Counted from the stretch's first letter, positions 19,901 to 31,572 are shown. The stretch is 64,000 nucleotides of DNA from an uncultured Streptococcus sp. (GCF_963518475.1 NZ_CAUQJA010000001.1:78018-142017), one strand, 5' to 3'. Notes: generated by a model not told the origin, from the sequence alone. A program made the numbers and translations.

Positions 19901-22262
19901 GGCCAAGGCTGCAGCCCGTTCTCTAGGCAATAACAAGGTACAAGTTGGCTTTGCGGATGTACCGGCCGGAGCAACCATTACCGTTTATGATAATCCAAAT
20001 TCTCAAACTCCGCTTGCAACCTTGAAGAGCGAAGTTGGAGGAGACCTAGCAAGTTCACCATTAGATTTGACAAATCAATCTGGTCTTCTTTACTATCGTA
20101 CCCAGTTGCCAGGCAAGGAAATTAGTAATGTTCTAGCAGTTACTGTTCCGAAAGATGATAGAAGAATCAAGTCAGTCAACCTAGAAACAGGACCTAAGAA
20201 AACAAGCTACGCCGAAGGGGAGGATTTGGACCTTAGAGGTGGTGTTCTTCGAGTTCAGTATGAAGGTGGAGCTGAGGACGAACTTATTCGTCTAACTCAC
20301 GCTGGTGTATCAGTATCAGGTTTTGATACGCATCATAAGGGAGAACAAAATCTTACTTTACAATATTTGGGGCAACCGGTACATGCTAATTTATCAGTGA
20401 CTGTTACTAGTCAAGATGAAGCAAGTCCGAAAACTATTTTGGGAATTGAAGTAAGTCAGGAACCGAAAAAAGATTACCTAGTTGGTGATAGCTTAGACTT
20501 GTCTGAAGGACGCTTTGCAGTGGCTTATAGCAATGACACCATGGAAGAACATTCCTTTACTGATGAGGGAGTTGAAATTTCTGGTTACGATGCTCAAAAG
20601 ACCGGTCGTCAAACCTTGACTCTTCGTTACCAAGGTCATGAAGTTAACTTTGATGTTTTGGTATCTCCAAAAGCAGCATTAAACGATGAGTACCTTAAAC
20701 AAAAATTAGCAGAAGTTGAAGCGGCTAAGAACAAGGTGGTCTATAACTTTGCTTCACCAGAAGTAAAAGAAGCCTTCTTGAAAGCAATTGAAGCGGCCGA
20801 ACAAGTGTTGAAAGACCATGAAACTAGCACCCAAGATCAAGTCAATGACCGACTTAATAAATTGACAGAAGCTCATAAAGCTCTGAATGGTCAAGAGAAA
20901 TTTACGGAAGAAAAGACAGAACTAGATCGCTTAACAGGTGAGGCTCAAGAACTCTTGGCTGCCAAACCAAACCATCCTTCGGGTTCTGCCCTAGCTCCGC
21001 TTCTTGAGAAAAACAAGGTCTTGGTTGAAAAAGTAGATTTGAGTCCAGAAGAGCTTGCAACAGCGAAACAGAGTCTAAAAGATCTGGTTGCTTTATTGAA
21101 AGAAGATAAGCCAGCAGTCTTTTCTGATAGTAAAACAGGTGTTGAAGTACACTTCTCAAATAAAGAGAAGACTGTCATCAAGGGCTTGAAAGTAGAGCGT
21201 GTTCAAGCAAGTGCTGAGGAGAAGAAATACTTTGCTGGAGAAGATGCTCATGTCTTTGAAATAGAAGGTCTAGATGAAAAAGGTCAAGACGTTGATCTCT
21301 CTTACGCTTCTATTGTGAAAATTCCAATTGAAAAAGATAAGAAAGTGAAGAAAGTCTTCTTCTTACCTGAAGGCAAAGAGGCAGTAGAATTGTCTTTTGA
21401 ACAAACGGATAGTCATGTCATCTTTACAGCACCACACTTTACTCATTATGCCTTTGTTTATGAATCTGCTGAAAAACCACAACCTGCTAAACCAGTAGAA
21501 AAAGTTATTTCAAGCAAGGAACCAGCTGAAGGTGTCAAAAATTTGGTTGTGGATACTCCGAAATTAGAAGTTGAAGAGACAAGTATTACCTTCGAACACC
21601 AAGAACGTCCAAATCCAAATCTTACAGTCGGTCAACGTCAACTTGTCCAAGCAGGAGTTGAAGGACAAATTCGCCGCTTGATTGAAGTAGATATCCAAGG
21701 CAATCGTACGCTTCGCGCTACAGAAGTTTTGAAAGAAGCAAGCCCTGAAATCGTAGAAGTAGGTACTGGTCTCATTCCTGCCAATCCAGCACCACAAAAC
21801 ACAGACCTTCCAAAACCTACTAATCAACCGGCTTCTGATCAACAAAAGGCTCCTAAATTGGAAGTTCAAGAGGAAAAGGTTGCCTTTGACCGTCAAGAGC
21901 ATGAAAATGCTGATATGCTAGTTGGGGAACAACGAGTCATCATACAGGGACGAGATGGTCTGTTGAGACATGTCTTTGAAGTTGATGAAAACGGTCAGCG
22001 TCGTCTTCGTTCAACAGAAGTCATCCAAGAGGCGATTCCAGAAATTGTTGAAATTGGAACAAAAGTAAAAACTGAACAAGCAGTAGCGCCTACACAAGAA
22101 AAACCAGCCCAAAATACAGCAGTTAAATCAGAAGAAGCAAGCAAACAATTGCCAAATACAGGAACTGCTGATGCTAATGAAGCCCTAATAGCAGGATTGG
22201 CCAGCCTTGGTCTTGCTAGTTTAGCCTTGACATTGAAACAGAAAAAAGAAGATGAAGATTAA
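16989..22262 (+). CDS. endoD: LPXTG-anchored endo-beta-N-acetylglucosaminidase (GH85, EndoD-like) with discoidin-like, Ig-like and two G5 domains
   Basis: YSIRK-type signal (RYSIRKLSVGACS), a GH85-like core and two G5-like repeats near the C-terminus. LPNTG plus a hydrophobic stretch plus KQKKEDED. Confidence 0.88.
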   Translation: MKNPFFERRCRYSIRKLSVGACSLMIGAVLFAGPALAEETAVPENNGANTELVSGESEHPTNEADKQHEGEHARENKPEKAEGVATVSETASPASNEAATTETTEAASAAKPEEKPSEVAAETSSVEAKPKSDKEIEAKPEATSQGDESKPAAEANKIEKEVQPDVPKNTEKTLKPKEIKFNSWEELLKWEPGAREDDAINRGSVALAPRRTGHLVNEKASKEAKVQALSNTNSKAKDHASVGGEEFKAYAFDYWQYLDSMVFWEGLVPTPDVIDAGHRNGVPVYGTLFFNWSNSIADQEKFAEALKQDPDGSFPIARKLVDMAKYYGYDGYFINQETTGDLVEPLGEKMRQFMLYTKEYAAKVNHPIKYSWYDAMTYNYGRYHQDGLGEYNYQFMQPEGDKVPADNFFANFNWDKAKNDYTITTANWIGRNPYDVFAGLELQQGGSYKTKVKWNDILDENGKLRLSLGLFAPDTITSLGKTGEDYHKNEDIFFTGYQGDPTGQKPGDKDWYGIANLVADRTPAVGNTFTTSFNTGHGRKWFVDGKVSKDSEWNYRSVSGVLPTWRWWQKSTGDKLKASYDFEDAYNGGTSLKFAGDLSGATKQDVNLYSTRLKVTDTTKLHVAHKGGKGTKVYVEFATKKDYTYGDEAARKELTVSDNWTTDDFDLSALAGKTIYGIKLYFENDKDLKGYQFNLGQLTISNNQDAPQAPTTVAVAKQVLKNAQEAEAVVQFKGNKDADFYEVYEKDGDSWKLLTGSSSTTIYLPKVSRSASAQGTTQELKVVAVGKNGVRSEAATTTFDWGMTVKDTSLPKPLAENIVPGATVIDSTFPKTEGGEGIEGMLNGTITSLSDKWSSGQLSGSVDIRLTQPRTVVRWVMDHAGAGGESVNDGLMNTKDFDLYYKDADGQWKLAKEVRGNKAHVTDITLDKPITAQDWRLNVVTSDNGTPWKAIRIYNWKMYEKLDTESVNIPMAKAAARSLGNNKVQVGFADVPAGATITVYDNPNSQTPLATLKSEVGGDLASSPLDLTNQSGLLYYRTQLPGKEISNVLAVTVPKDDRRIKSVNLETGPKKTSYAEGEDLDLRGGVLRVQYEGGAEDELIRLTHAGVSVSGFDTHHKGEQNLTLQYLGQPVHANLSVTVTSQDEASPKTILGIEVSQEPKKDYLVGDSLDLSEGRFAVAYSNDTMEEHSFTDEGVEISGYDAQKTGRQTLTLRYQGHEVNFDVLVSPKAALNDEYLKQKLAEVEAAKNKVVYNFASPEVKEAFLKAIEAAEQVLKDHETSTQDQVNDRLNKLTEAHKALNGQEKFTEEKTELDRLTGEAQELLAAKPNHPSGSALAPLLEKNKVLVEKVDLSPEELATAKQSLKDLVALLKEDKPAVFSDSKTGVEVHFSNKEKTVIKGLKVERVQASAEEKKYFAGEDAHVFEIEGLDEKGQDVDLSYASIVKIPIEKDKKVKKVFFLPEGKEAVELSFEQTDSHVIFTAPHFTHYAFVYESAEKPQPAKPVEKVISSKEPAEGVKNLVVDTPKLEVEETSITFEHQERPNPNLTVGQRQLVQAGVEGQIRRLIEVDIQGNRTLRATEVLKEASPEIVEVGTGLIPANPAPQNTDLPKPTNQPASDQQKAPKLEVQEEKVAFDRQEHENADMLVGEQRVIIQGRDGLLRHVFEVDENGQRRLRSTEVIQEAIPEIVEIGTKVKTEQAVAPTQEKPAQNTAVKSEEASKQLPNTGTADANEALIAGLASLGLASLALTLKQKKEDED

Positions 22263-22306
22263 ATATCGAAAAATCTTGTGAAATCTTTCCTTATATTTCC
22301 AAAGTG

Positions 22307-22315
22307 TGATATAAT
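22307..22315 (+). promoter_or_regulatory. Extended -10 (TGATATAAT) for pgk
   Basis: Lies 37 nt upstream of the pgk ATG. Confidence 0.55.
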
Positions 22316-22351
22316 AGTTTCGAATAAAATAAATAAAGGGGTTTTTGTAAC

Positions 22352-23548
22352 ATGGCAAAACTTACTGTTAAAGACGTTGACTTGAAAGGTAAAAAAGTCC
22401 TCGTTCGTGTTGACTTCAACGTACCATTGAAAGATGGCGTAATCACTAACGACAACCGTATCACAGCAGCTCTTCCAACTATTAAGTACATCATCGAACA
22501 AGGTGGACGTGCAATTCTTTTCTCTCACCTTGGACGTGTGAAAGAAGAAGCTGATAAAGCTGGTAAATCACTTGCTCCTGTAGCAGCAGACTTGGCAGCT
22601 AAATTGGGCCAAGACGTTGTTTTCCCAGGTGTTACTCGTGGTGCTGAATTGGAAGCAGCTATCAACGCTCTTGAAGATGGACAAGTTCTCTTGGTTGAAA
22701 ACACTCGTTACGAAGATGTTGACGGCAAGAAAGAATCTAAAAACGATCCTGAACTTGGTAAATACTGGGCATCACTTGGAGATGGTATCTTCGTAAACGA
22801 TGCATTCGGTACAGCTCACCGTGCACACGCATCTAACGTTGGTATCTCAGCAAACGTTGAAAAAGCAGTTGCTGGTTTCCTTCTTGAAAACGAAATTGCC
22901 TACATCCAAGAAGCAGTTGAAACTCCAGAACGTCCATTCGTAGCGATCCTTGGTGGTTCAAAAGTTTCAGACAAGATCGGTGTTATCGAAAACTTGCTTG
23001 AAAAAGCTGATAAAGTCCTTATCGGTGGTGGTATGACTTACACATTCTACAAAGCACAAGGTATCGAAATCGGTAACTCACTTGTAGAAGAAGACAAATT
23101 GGATGTTGCGAAAGCTCTTCTTGAAAAAGCAAATGGTAAATTGATCTTGCCAGTTGACTCAAAAGAAGCTAATGCATTTGCTGGCTACACTGAAGTACGT
23201 GATACTGAAGGTGAAGCAGTTTCTGAAGGCTTCCTTGGTCTTGATATCGGTCCAAAATCTATCGCTAAATTTGACGAAGCTTTGACTGGTGCCAAAACAG
23301 TTGTATGGAACGGACCTATGGGTGTATTTGAAAACCCAGACTTCCAAGCTGGTACAATCGGTGTGATGGACGCTATCGTGAAACAACCAGGCGTTAAATC
23401 AATCATCGGTGGTGGTGACTCAGCTGCCGCAGCAATCAATCTTGGACGTGCAGACAAATTCTCATGGATCTCTACTGGTGGTGGAGCATCAATGGAACTT
23501 CTTGAAGGTAAAGTTCTTCCAGGACTTGCAGCCTTGACAGAAAAATAA
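22352..23548 (+). CDS. pgk: Phosphoglycerate kinase
   Basis: 398 aa, RVDFNVP, unmistakable PGK. Confidence 0.97.
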   Translation: MAKLTVKDVDLKGKKVLVRVDFNVPLKDGVITNDNRITAALPTIKYIIEQGGRAILFSHLGRVKEEADKAGKSLAPVAADLAAKLGQDVVFPGVTRGAELEAAINALEDGQVLLVENTRYEDVDGKKESKNDPELGKYWASLGDGIFVNDAFGTAHRAHASNVGISANVEKAVAGFLLENEIAYIQEAVETPERPFVAILGGSKVSDKIGVIENLLEKADKVLIGGGMTYTFYKAQGIEIGNSLVEEDKLDVAKALLEKANGKLILPVDSKEANAFAGYTEVRDTEGEAVSEGFLGLDIGPKSIAKFDEALTGAKTVVWNGPMGVFENPDFQAGTIGVMDAIVKQPGVKSIIGGGDSAAAAINLGRADKFSWISTGGGASMELLEGKVLPGLAALTEK

Positions 23549-23569
23549 GATTAACTAAATGAATCAAAG

Positions 23570-23600
23570 AAGAGGGGAATGAAAGTTCCTCTTTTCTTTT
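23570..23600 (+). terminator. pgk terminator
   Basis: aagagg / cctctt stem plus T-run. Confidence 0.8.
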
Positions 23601-23683
23601 ACTCGAAATAAAAACGCTTCCTCTCAACTATTGCTCATAAAATCAGCCAATTTATGATAAAATGGAAATAGAAAGTTGAGATT

Positions 23684-24211
23684 ATGAGTTATTTTAAAAA
23701 ATATAAATTCGATAAATCACAGTTCAGACTTGGTATGCGAACCTTTAAAACAGGTATTGCTGTTTTTCTAGTTCTCTTGATTTTTGGCTTTTTTGGTTGG
23801 AAAGGTCTTCAAATTGGTGCTTTGACAGCCGTTTTTAGCCTGAGGGAGAGTTTTGATAAGAGTGTCCATTTTGGGACTTCGCGTATTCTAGGAAATAGTA
23901 TCGGTGGCCTCTATGCCCTGGTCTTCTTCCTATTAAACACCTTTTTCCACGAAGCTTTTTGGGTGACCTTGGTTGTTGTTCCAATCTGCACCATGTTAAC
24001 CATTATGACAAATGTAGCCATGAATAACAAAGCAGGGGTTATTGGTGGTGTAGCAGCCATGTTAATCATTACCCTATCGATTCCGAGCGGCGAAACAATT
24101 TTGTACGTGTTTGCACGTGTATCAGAAACTTTCATGGGAGTTTTTGTCGCAATTCTCGTAAATTACGATATTGATCGTATTCGGCTCTTTTTAGAGAAAA
24201 AAGAAAAATAA
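23684..24211 (+). CDS. Aromatic acid exporter (ArAE/FUSC-like) family membrane protein
   Basis: 175 aa with 4-5 TM helices and an LGMRTFKTGIAVFL N-terminus. Confidence 0.5.
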   Translation: MSYFKKYKFDKSQFRLGMRTFKTGIAVFLVLLIFGFFGWKGLQIGALTAVFSLRESFDKSVHFGTSRILGNSIGGLYALVFFLLNTFFHEAFWVTLVVVPICTMLTIMTNVAMNNKAGVIGGVAAMLIITLSIPSGETILYVFARVSETFMGVFVAILVNYDIDRIRLFLEKKEK

Positions 24212-24229
24212 TGTTACATTTTATAACAT
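24211..24229 (+). promoter_or_regulatory. GlnR operator
   Basis: Perfect ATGTTA-N7-TAACAT palindrome just upstream of the -35. Confidence 0.85.
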
Positions 24230-24235
24230 TATCAA

Positions 24236-24264
24236 TTGACGTTTGTCTTTTTTTAGACTATAAT
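24236..24264 (+). promoter_or_regulatory. glnRA promoter
   Basis: ttgacg, 17 nt, tataat. Confidence 0.8.
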
Positions 24265-24287
24265 AGACAGAAAGAAGGAAATTGTAA

Positions 24288-24644
24288 ATGAAGGAAAAAG
24301 AATTTCGCCGAAATATGGCTGTTTTTCCTATCGGCAGTGTTATGAAGTTGACCGATCTATCGGCGCGTCAGATTCGTTATTATGAAGATCAAGAGTTGAT
24401 TAAGCCTGATCGAAACGAAGGGAACCGTCGCATGTATTCCTTGAATGACATGGATCGTCTGCTTGAAATCAAAGATTATATCTCTGAAGGTTATAATATC
24501 GCTGCCATTAAGAAAAAATATGCTGAACGTGAAGCGAAATCCAAGAAAGCGGTGAGTCAGACTGAGGTGCGTCGTGCACTTCACAATGAACTCCTCCAAC
24601 AGGGTCGCTTTGCTTCAGTACGGTCACCTTTTGGTCGCGGTTAG
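24288..24644 (+). CDS. glnR: MerR-family glutamine synthetase repressor
   Basis: 118 aa with a MerR HTH (IGSVMKLTDLSARQIRYYE). Lies upstream of glnA. Confidence 0.92.
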   Translation: MKEKEFRRNMAVFPIGSVMKLTDLSARQIRYYEDQELIKPDRNEGNRRMYSLNDMDRLLEIKDYISEGYNIAAIKKKYAEREAKSKKAVSQTEVRRALHNELLQQGRFASVRSPFGRG

Positions 24645-24680
24645 GCAACCGCAAGTAGTCATACATTAAGGAGAAAACTC

Positions 24681-26027
24681 ATGCCAATCACAGCTGCAGA
24701 TATTCGTCGTGAAGTCAAGGAAAAAAATGTTACCTTTATCCGTCTCATGTTCTCAGATATTTTGGGAACCATGAAAAACGTCGAAATTCCTGCCACAGAT
24801 GAACAGTTAGATAAAGTCTTGTCAAATAAGGCTATGTTTGATGGATCTTCTATTGAAGGTTTTGTACGTATCAATGAGTCAGATATGTACTTGTACCCAG
24901 ACTTGGATACATGGACAGTCTTCCCTTGGGGAGATGAAAATGGAAGTGTTGCAGGTTTGATCTGTGATGTCTATACAACAGAAGGTGAACCATTTGCAGG
25001 TGACCCTCGTGGCAATTTGAAGCGTGCTCTTCGTCACATGGAGGAAGTGGGATTCAAGTCCTTCAACCTTGGACCAGAGCCAGAATTCTTCCTATTTAAG
25101 TTGGATGAAAATGGAGACCCAACACTTGAAGTGAATGACAAGGGTGGCTACTTTGATTTGGCGCCTACTGACCTTGCGGACAACACACGTCGTGAGATTG
25201 TGAATGTCTTGACCAAAATGGGATTTGAAGTAGAAGCGAGTCACCACGAGGTTGCGGTTGGACAACATGAGATTGACTTCAAGTACGATGAAGTTCTCCG
25301 TGCTTGTGATAAGATTCAAATCTTTAAACTTGTTGTTAAAACTATTGCTCGCAAACATGGGCTTTACGCAACTTTTATGGCCAAACCAAAATTTGGTATT
25401 GCCGGATCAGGTATGCACTGTAATATGTCCTTGTTTGATGCAGAAGGAAACAATGCCTTCTTTGATCCAAATGATCCAAAAGGAATGCAGTTGTCAGAAA
25501 CGGCCTACCATTTCCTTGGTGGTTTGATCAAACATGCCTACAACTATACTGCCATCATGAACCCAACGGTTAACTCATACAAACGTTTGGTTCCAGGTTA
25601 TGAAGCGCCGGTTTACATTGCTTGGGCTGGTCGTAACCGTTCGCCACTTGTGCGCGTGCCTGCTTCACGTGGCATGGGAACTCGTCTTGAGTTGCGTTCA
25701 GTGGATCCGATGGCAAACCCATACATCGCTATGGCTGTTCTTTTGGAAGTTGGTTTACATGGTATTGAAAACAAAATCGAAGCACCAGCTCCTATCGAAG
25801 AAAATATCTACATCATGACAGCAGAAGAGCGCAAGGAAGCTGGTATTACAGACCTTCCGTCAACCCTTCACAACGCTTTGAAAGCTCTGACTGAAGATGA
25901 AGTTGTCAGAGCGGCTCTTGGAGAACATATCTATACTAGTTTCCTTGAAGCCAAACGAATCGAATGGGCAAGCTATGCAACCTTCGTTTCACAATGGGAA
26001 ATTGATAACTATTTAGACCTTTACTAA
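24681..26027 (+). CDS. glnA: Type I glutamine synthetase
   Basis: 448 aa with typical GS motifs. Confidence 0.97.
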   Translation: MPITAADIRREVKEKNVTFIRLMFSDILGTMKNVEIPATDEQLDKVLSNKAMFDGSSIEGFVRINESDMYLYPDLDTWTVFPWGDENGSVAGLICDVYTTEGEPFAGDPRGNLKRALRHMEEVGFKSFNLGPEPEFFLFKLDENGDPTLEVNDKGGYFDLAPTDLADNTRREIVNVLTKMGFEVEASHHEVAVGQHEIDFKYDEVLRACDKIQIFKLVVKTIARKHGLYATFMAKPKFGIAGSGMHCNMSLFDAEGNNAFFDPNDPKGMQLSETAYHFLGGLIKHAYNYTAIMNPTVNSYKRLVPGYEAPVYIAWAGRNRSPLVRVPASRGMGTRLELRSVDPMANPYIAMAVLLEVGLHGIENKIEAPAPIEENIYIMTAEERKEAGITDLPSTLHNALKALTEDEVVRAALGEHIYTSFLEAKRIEWASYATFVSQWEIDNYLDLY

Positions 26028-26043
26028 TACTAATATAGAAGAA

Positions 26044-26069
26044 AGATTGCCTGAGGGCGGTCTTTTTTC
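26044..26069 (+). terminator. glnA terminator
   Basis: agattgcc / ggcggtct stem (with G-U pairs) plus a T-run. Confidence 0.7.
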
Positions 26070-26140
26070 TTGTGTTTTATATCGAGGTATGATATATTTT
26101 ATATAACGAAGCGCGATATATCGAACTGAATAGGAGGTGA

Positions 26141-26467
26141 ATGAAAATGGAATTAACGGATAAGATTCGTCGAGTTTATCTTCCGATGACGGAAACGGGT
26201 TTTTATATCTTGTTCTGTCTGCAAAAGGAAGGTCATGGGTACAGTATTACGCAAAAGGTCAAGGAGATGACAGATTTGCAAGTTTCGATTAGTCCTGGAA
26301 CTATGTATGGAACCTTGTCAAAGATGGAAAAGGATGGTTTGATTTCCTTTGTCCGCGAAGAGGAAAAACGGAAAATCTATCAGATTACAGACTTGGGACG
26401 CAAAGTCTTAGATATTGAATTGAAGCGTATTGAACGGCTCTATAGAAACAGTCGGGAGGAAGGATGA
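26141..26467 (+). CDS. PadR-family transcriptional regulator
   Basis: 108 aa with a winged HTH. GYSITQKV...SPGTMYGTLSKMEKDGLI. Confidence 0.85.
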   Translation: MKMELTDKIRRVYLPMTETGFYILFCLQKEGHGYSITQKVKEMTDLQVSISPGTMYGTLSKMEKDGLISFVREEEKRKIYQITDLGRKVLDIELKRIERLYRNSREEG

Positions 26468-27042
26468 TGGAAAAGAAAATTGTTTATCGAATTTTTACAA
26501 TTGCGGATTATGAGAGGGAGGCTCTATACTTTAGAGAAATGCATGCTAAGGGCTGGAAACTTAGAAAAGTAAGCTATTCTATCTTATTGTTTGCAGTTAA
26601 GTATACCTTTGAAAAGTGTCACCCTGAGCAAGTGTCTTATCAGTTGGATTTTTACCCAATGGAAAAATCAGAGAGAGCCTCCTATTTACAACTGTTTAAA
26701 GACTGTGGCTGGGAGCATATTACAGACTTTAATAGTTTTTCCTATTTTAGAAAAGTACATTCTGAAATTGAATCGGATGCAGAGTTTGAAATTTATAATG
26801 ACGCGGCCGGGAAGTTAGCTATGGTTAATCGCATTTTAAGACTGCGATTAGTACCTGTTTTACTTTTGCTAGCCATACATATACCATTCTTACTTAAGTT
26901 GCTCAATAAAAGTAATGCGTATGGTCTATGGAGTTTATTTGCGGTCGGGCTAGATATTTTCTTGTCTTTAATCCTTTTGTTAATAGTTGCCTATATTAGC
27001 TGGAAGTTATGGCATAAAAAGAAGGAATTATCAGATTTATGA
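26464..27042 (+). CDS. DUF2812-like membrane protein (PadR-associated)
   Basis: IFTIADYEREALYFREMHAKGWKL N-terminus and two C-terminal TM helices. ATGA overlap with padR. Confidence 0.65.
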   Translation: MMEKKIVYRIFTIADYEREALYFREMHAKGWKLRKVSYSILLFAVKYTFEKCHPEQVSYQLDFYPMEKSERASYLQLFKDCGWEHITDFNSFSYFRKVHSEIESDAEFEIYNDAAGKLAMVNRILRLRLVPVLLLLAIHIPFLLKLLNKSNAYGLWSLFAVGLDIFLSLILLLIVAYISWKLWHKKKELSDL

Positions 27043-27076
27043 TAGGGTAGGTATGCTCAAAATTGGAGGGGAAGTC

Positions 27077-27589
27077 ATGATAAATAAAAAGCAATTTCGG
27101 ATTTTCACCATTGTTGATTTGGACAAGGAAGAAGAATATTTACATGAGATGCATTTGAAAGGTTGGAGGTATAGAACGAGTCGTTTTGGTTTGTTCTATT
27201 TTTACCAATGTCAACCAGACGATGTCATCTACTGTATCTATGATTCTAGATTTCTTAAAAAATATAAGCATGAACTGCAAGATTTTAGAAATAGAGGTTG
27301 GGAATTGATAGGAGCAGGTTCTTGTTCGATTCTTCGTAAATCGTCTTCTAATTTACTTCCAGAGGATCAAGTCTATATGGCTAAGGGGCTCAGATGGGAA
27401 GTTATGCGAAATAGACTTCGTTCATGTACAGTTGCTTTCTCAGGTGGTCTTGTTATTTGTATGAGTTCGTTTAGAGAAGAACTGTCGCAATCTTTCTTTG
27501 TCATTTTTGCTCTATATTCCTTTATGATTTCTTATCTAATCCATGTTTTTTTCAGACTTAAAAGGAAATACCAAGTAGATGGAAGGTAG
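27077..27589 (+). CDS. Second DUF2812-like membrane protein (paralog)
   Basis: IFTIVDLDKEEEYLHEMHLKGWRY parallels the upstream gene. RBS ggagggg. Confidence 0.6.
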   Translation: MINKKQFRIFTIVDLDKEEEYLHEMHLKGWRYRTSRFGLFYFYQCQPDDVIYCIYDSRFLKKYKHELQDFRNRGWELIGAGSCSILRKSSSNLLPEDQVYMAKGLRWEVMRNRLRSCTVAFSGGLVICMSSFREELSQSFFVIFALYSFMISYLIHVFFRLKRKYQVDGR

Positions 27590-27613
27590 GGTTCTAGGTC
27601 TTTAGACTGATTT

Positions 27614-27640
27614 TTAGCACTCTTGGCAAAAGAGTGCTAA
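27614..27640 (+). promoter_or_regulatory. CIRCE operator 1
   Basis: ttagcactc-N9-gagtgctaa, a perfect consensus. Confidence 0.95.
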
Positions 27641-27657
27641 TTTTTTGAGTTTTTATC

Positions 27658-27685
27658 TTGACATTCTCTTTTAAGGGTGTATAAT
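27658..27685 (+). promoter_or_regulatory. hrcA operon promoter
   Basis: ttgaca, 16 nt, tataat; lies between the two CIRCE elements. Confidence 0.8.
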
Positions 27686-27696
27686 AGAATCATAAG

Positions 27697-27723
27697 TTAG
27701 CACTTGAGTGTATCGAGTGCTAA
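27697..27723 (+). promoter_or_regulatory. CIRCE operator 2
   Basis: ttagcactt-N9-gagtgctaa. Confidence 0.93.
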
Positions 27724-27749
27724 TCGATCAGACAGAGAGGAGTGATGAG

Positions 27750-28784
27750 GTGGTTACAGAGCGTCAGCAGGATATTTTAAATCTGATTATTGACATCTTT
27801 ACCAAAACGCACGAACCTGTCGGATCCAAAGCCTTGCAAGAGTCTATTAACTCTAGCAGTGCAACCATTCGTAATGACATGGCGGCTCTAGAAAAGCAAG
27901 GTTTGCTTGAGAAGGCTCATACTTCAAGTGGTCGGATGCCAAGTGTTGCTGGTTTTCAGTACTATGTGAAACACTCACTGGACTTTGATCGACTAGCTGA
28001 AAATGAGGTATATGAGATTGTCAAAGCCTTTGATCAGGAATTCTTCAAGCTAGAGGATATTCTGCAAGAAGCTGCTAACCTGCTGACAGACTTGAGCGGC
28101 TGTACGGTAGTAGCACTGGATGTTGAGCCGAGCAGGCAACGTTTGACAGCCTTTGATATTGTTGTTTTGGGGCAACATACAGCCTTGGCAGTATTCACCC
28201 TAGACGAGTCTCGAACGGTTACCAGTCAGTTTCTGATTCCAAGGAACTTTTTGCAGGAGGATTTGCTGAAACTGAAGAGCATCATTCAGGAACGTTTCCT
28301 CGGGCACACCGTTCTAGATATTCACTACAAGATTCGGACGGAGATTCCGCAGATTATCCAGCGTTACTTTACAACAACGGATAATGTCATTGATCTCTTT
28401 GAACACATTTTTAAGGAAATGTTCAACGAAAACATTGTGGTGGCGGGGAAGGTCAATCTCTTGAATTTTGCCAATCTGGCAGCTTATCAGTTCTTTGACC
28501 AACCGCAAAAGGTGGCTCTGGAGATTCGTGAGGGGTTGCGTGAAGATCAGATGCAAAACGTCCGTGTTGCAGACAGTCAAGAATCTTGTTTAGCAGACCT
28601 AGCGGTGATTAGTAGTAAGTTCCTCATTCCTTATAGGGGAGTTGGAATTCTAGCCATTATCGGCCCCGTCAATCTGGATTATCAGCAACTAATTAACCAA
28701 GTCAATGTGGTCAACCGTGTTTTGACCATGAAGTTGACAGATTTTTACCGCTACCTCAGCAGTAATCATTACGAAGTACATTAA
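27750..28784 (+). CDS. hrcA: Heat-inducible transcription repressor
   Basis: GTG start giving [14 protein letters not shown] after RBS agaggag. The track start at 27708 lies inside CIRCE 2. Confidence 0.92.
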   Translation: MVTERQQDILNLIIDIFTKTHEPVGSKALQESINSSSATIRNDMAALEKQGLLEKAHTSSGRMPSVAGFQYYVKHSLDFDRLAENEVYEIVKAFDQEFFKLEDILQEAANLLTDLSGCTVVALDVEPSRQRLTAFDIVVLGQHTALAVFTLDESRTVTSQFLIPRNFLQEDLLKLKSIIQERFLGHTVLDIHYKIRTEIPQIIQRYFTTTDNVIDLFEHIFKEMFNENIVVAGKVNLLNFANLAAYQFFDQPQKVALEIREGLREDQMQNVRVADSQESCLADLAVISSKFLIPYRGVGILAIIGPVNLDYQQLINQVNVVNRVLTMKLTDFYRYLSSNHYEVH

Positions 28785-28810
28785 GATTGAAATCATTAAA
28801 GGAGGCGAAA

Positions 28811-29335
28811 ATGGCCCAAGATATAAAAAATGAAGAAGTAGAAGAAGTCCAAGAAGAGGAAGTTGTGGAAACGGTAGAAGAAACAACTCCTGAGAAGTCT
28901 GAATTGGACTTGGCAAATGAACGTGCAGATGAGTTCGAAAATAAATACCTTCGCGCTCATGCAGAAATGCAAAACATTCAGCGCCGTGCCAACGAAGAGC
29001 GCCAACTCTTGCAACGCTATCGCAGCCAAGATTTGGCGAAAGCAATCTTGCCATCACTCGACAACCTCGAACGTGCCCTTGCCGTCGAAGGGTTGACAGA
29101 TGATGTGAAGAAGGGCTTGGAAATGGTGCAAGAAAGCTTGATTCACGCTTTGAAAGAAGAAGGAATCGAAGAAATCGCAGCTGAAGGCGAATTTGACCAT
29201 AACTACCATATGGCCATCCAAACTCTCCCAGCAGACGATGAACACCCAGCAGACACTATCGCCCAAGTCTTCCAAAAAGGCTACAAACTCCATGACCGCA
29301 TCCTACGCCCAGCCATGGTAGTTGTTTACAACTAG
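28811..29335 (+). CDS. grpE: Nucleotide exchange factor GrpE
   Basis: Start MAQDIKNEE after aaggagg. Has the GrpE C-terminal motif. Confidence 0.93.
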   Translation: MAQDIKNEEVEEVQEEEVVETVEETTPEKSELDLANERADEFENKYLRAHAEMQNIQRRANEERQLLQRYRSQDLAKAILPSLDNLERALAVEGLTDDVKKGLEMVQESLIHALKEEGIEEIAAEGEFDHNYHMAIQTLPADDEHPADTIAQVFQKGYKLHDRILRPAMVVVYN

Positions 29336-29435
29336 GCAATAGAACCTAAAAAAACTTGTCCGAAACGACACTAAACTATGAAAGAAAGATAAAATATGTT
29401 TGACTTTGCAAGAGTGAGCGAAGCGAACCAAAGAC

Positions 29436-29549
29436 GATACTCTTCGCCGTGGCGCTATTTGCGCAAACTTTGAGACCTTAGGCTCAAAGTTTAGTCAAAG
29501 AGATTGACGAAGTCAAGTTCTGACGGCGCTGCCACCTAAGAAGAGTATC
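29436..29549. repeat. 114-nt imperfect palindromic intergenic element (unclassified; termini resemble the boxA start)
   Basis: Outer arms gatactcttc / gaagagtatc. Inner 10-bp stem aaactttgag / ctcaaagttt, plus further short stems. Confidence 0.6.
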
Positions 29550-29573
29550 AAAAAGAAAGAATATAAAATTTAA

Positions 29574-31409
<1,836 letters not shown>

Positions 31410-31437
31410 GATGCAAAGCCCGTTAAAACCTCACAGT

Positions 31438-31457
31438 GAAAATAGGAAATCTGACGC
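31438..31457. repeat. Left arm of the inverted repeat bounding the dnaK-dnaJ intergenic cassette
   Basis: gaaaataggaaatctgacgc is the reverse complement of 32517-32537 apart from one extra T. Confidence 0.8.
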
Positions 31458-31572
31458 AGAAACTTTAGTTTCTAGGAAGATTTGTCTTTTTCACCAAGAG
31501 GTTAGGGCGTGCTCGATTTAGCATTACTAGTTTGATTTTTAAAACTCGAACGTCGTAATGATAAGAAGAAAT

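Noticed and set aside
2401-23600. Similar loop sequence (g.atgaaagttcc) in the hairpins at 2401-2426 and 23570-23600, considered as a shared motif or repeat family
   Set aside because: Only about 11 nt are shared between two sites, and the stems differ. The match is too short to separate from chance without a genome-wide count.
27708-27749. N-terminal extensions in track ORFs: hrcA from 27708, blpR from 36896, trmB from 43367, rbfA from 50811, dnaJ from 32555, grpE from 28787
   Set aside because: These extensions run through operators or upstream genes and lack an RBS. Internal starts with good Shine-Dalgarno sequences give the canonical N-termini.
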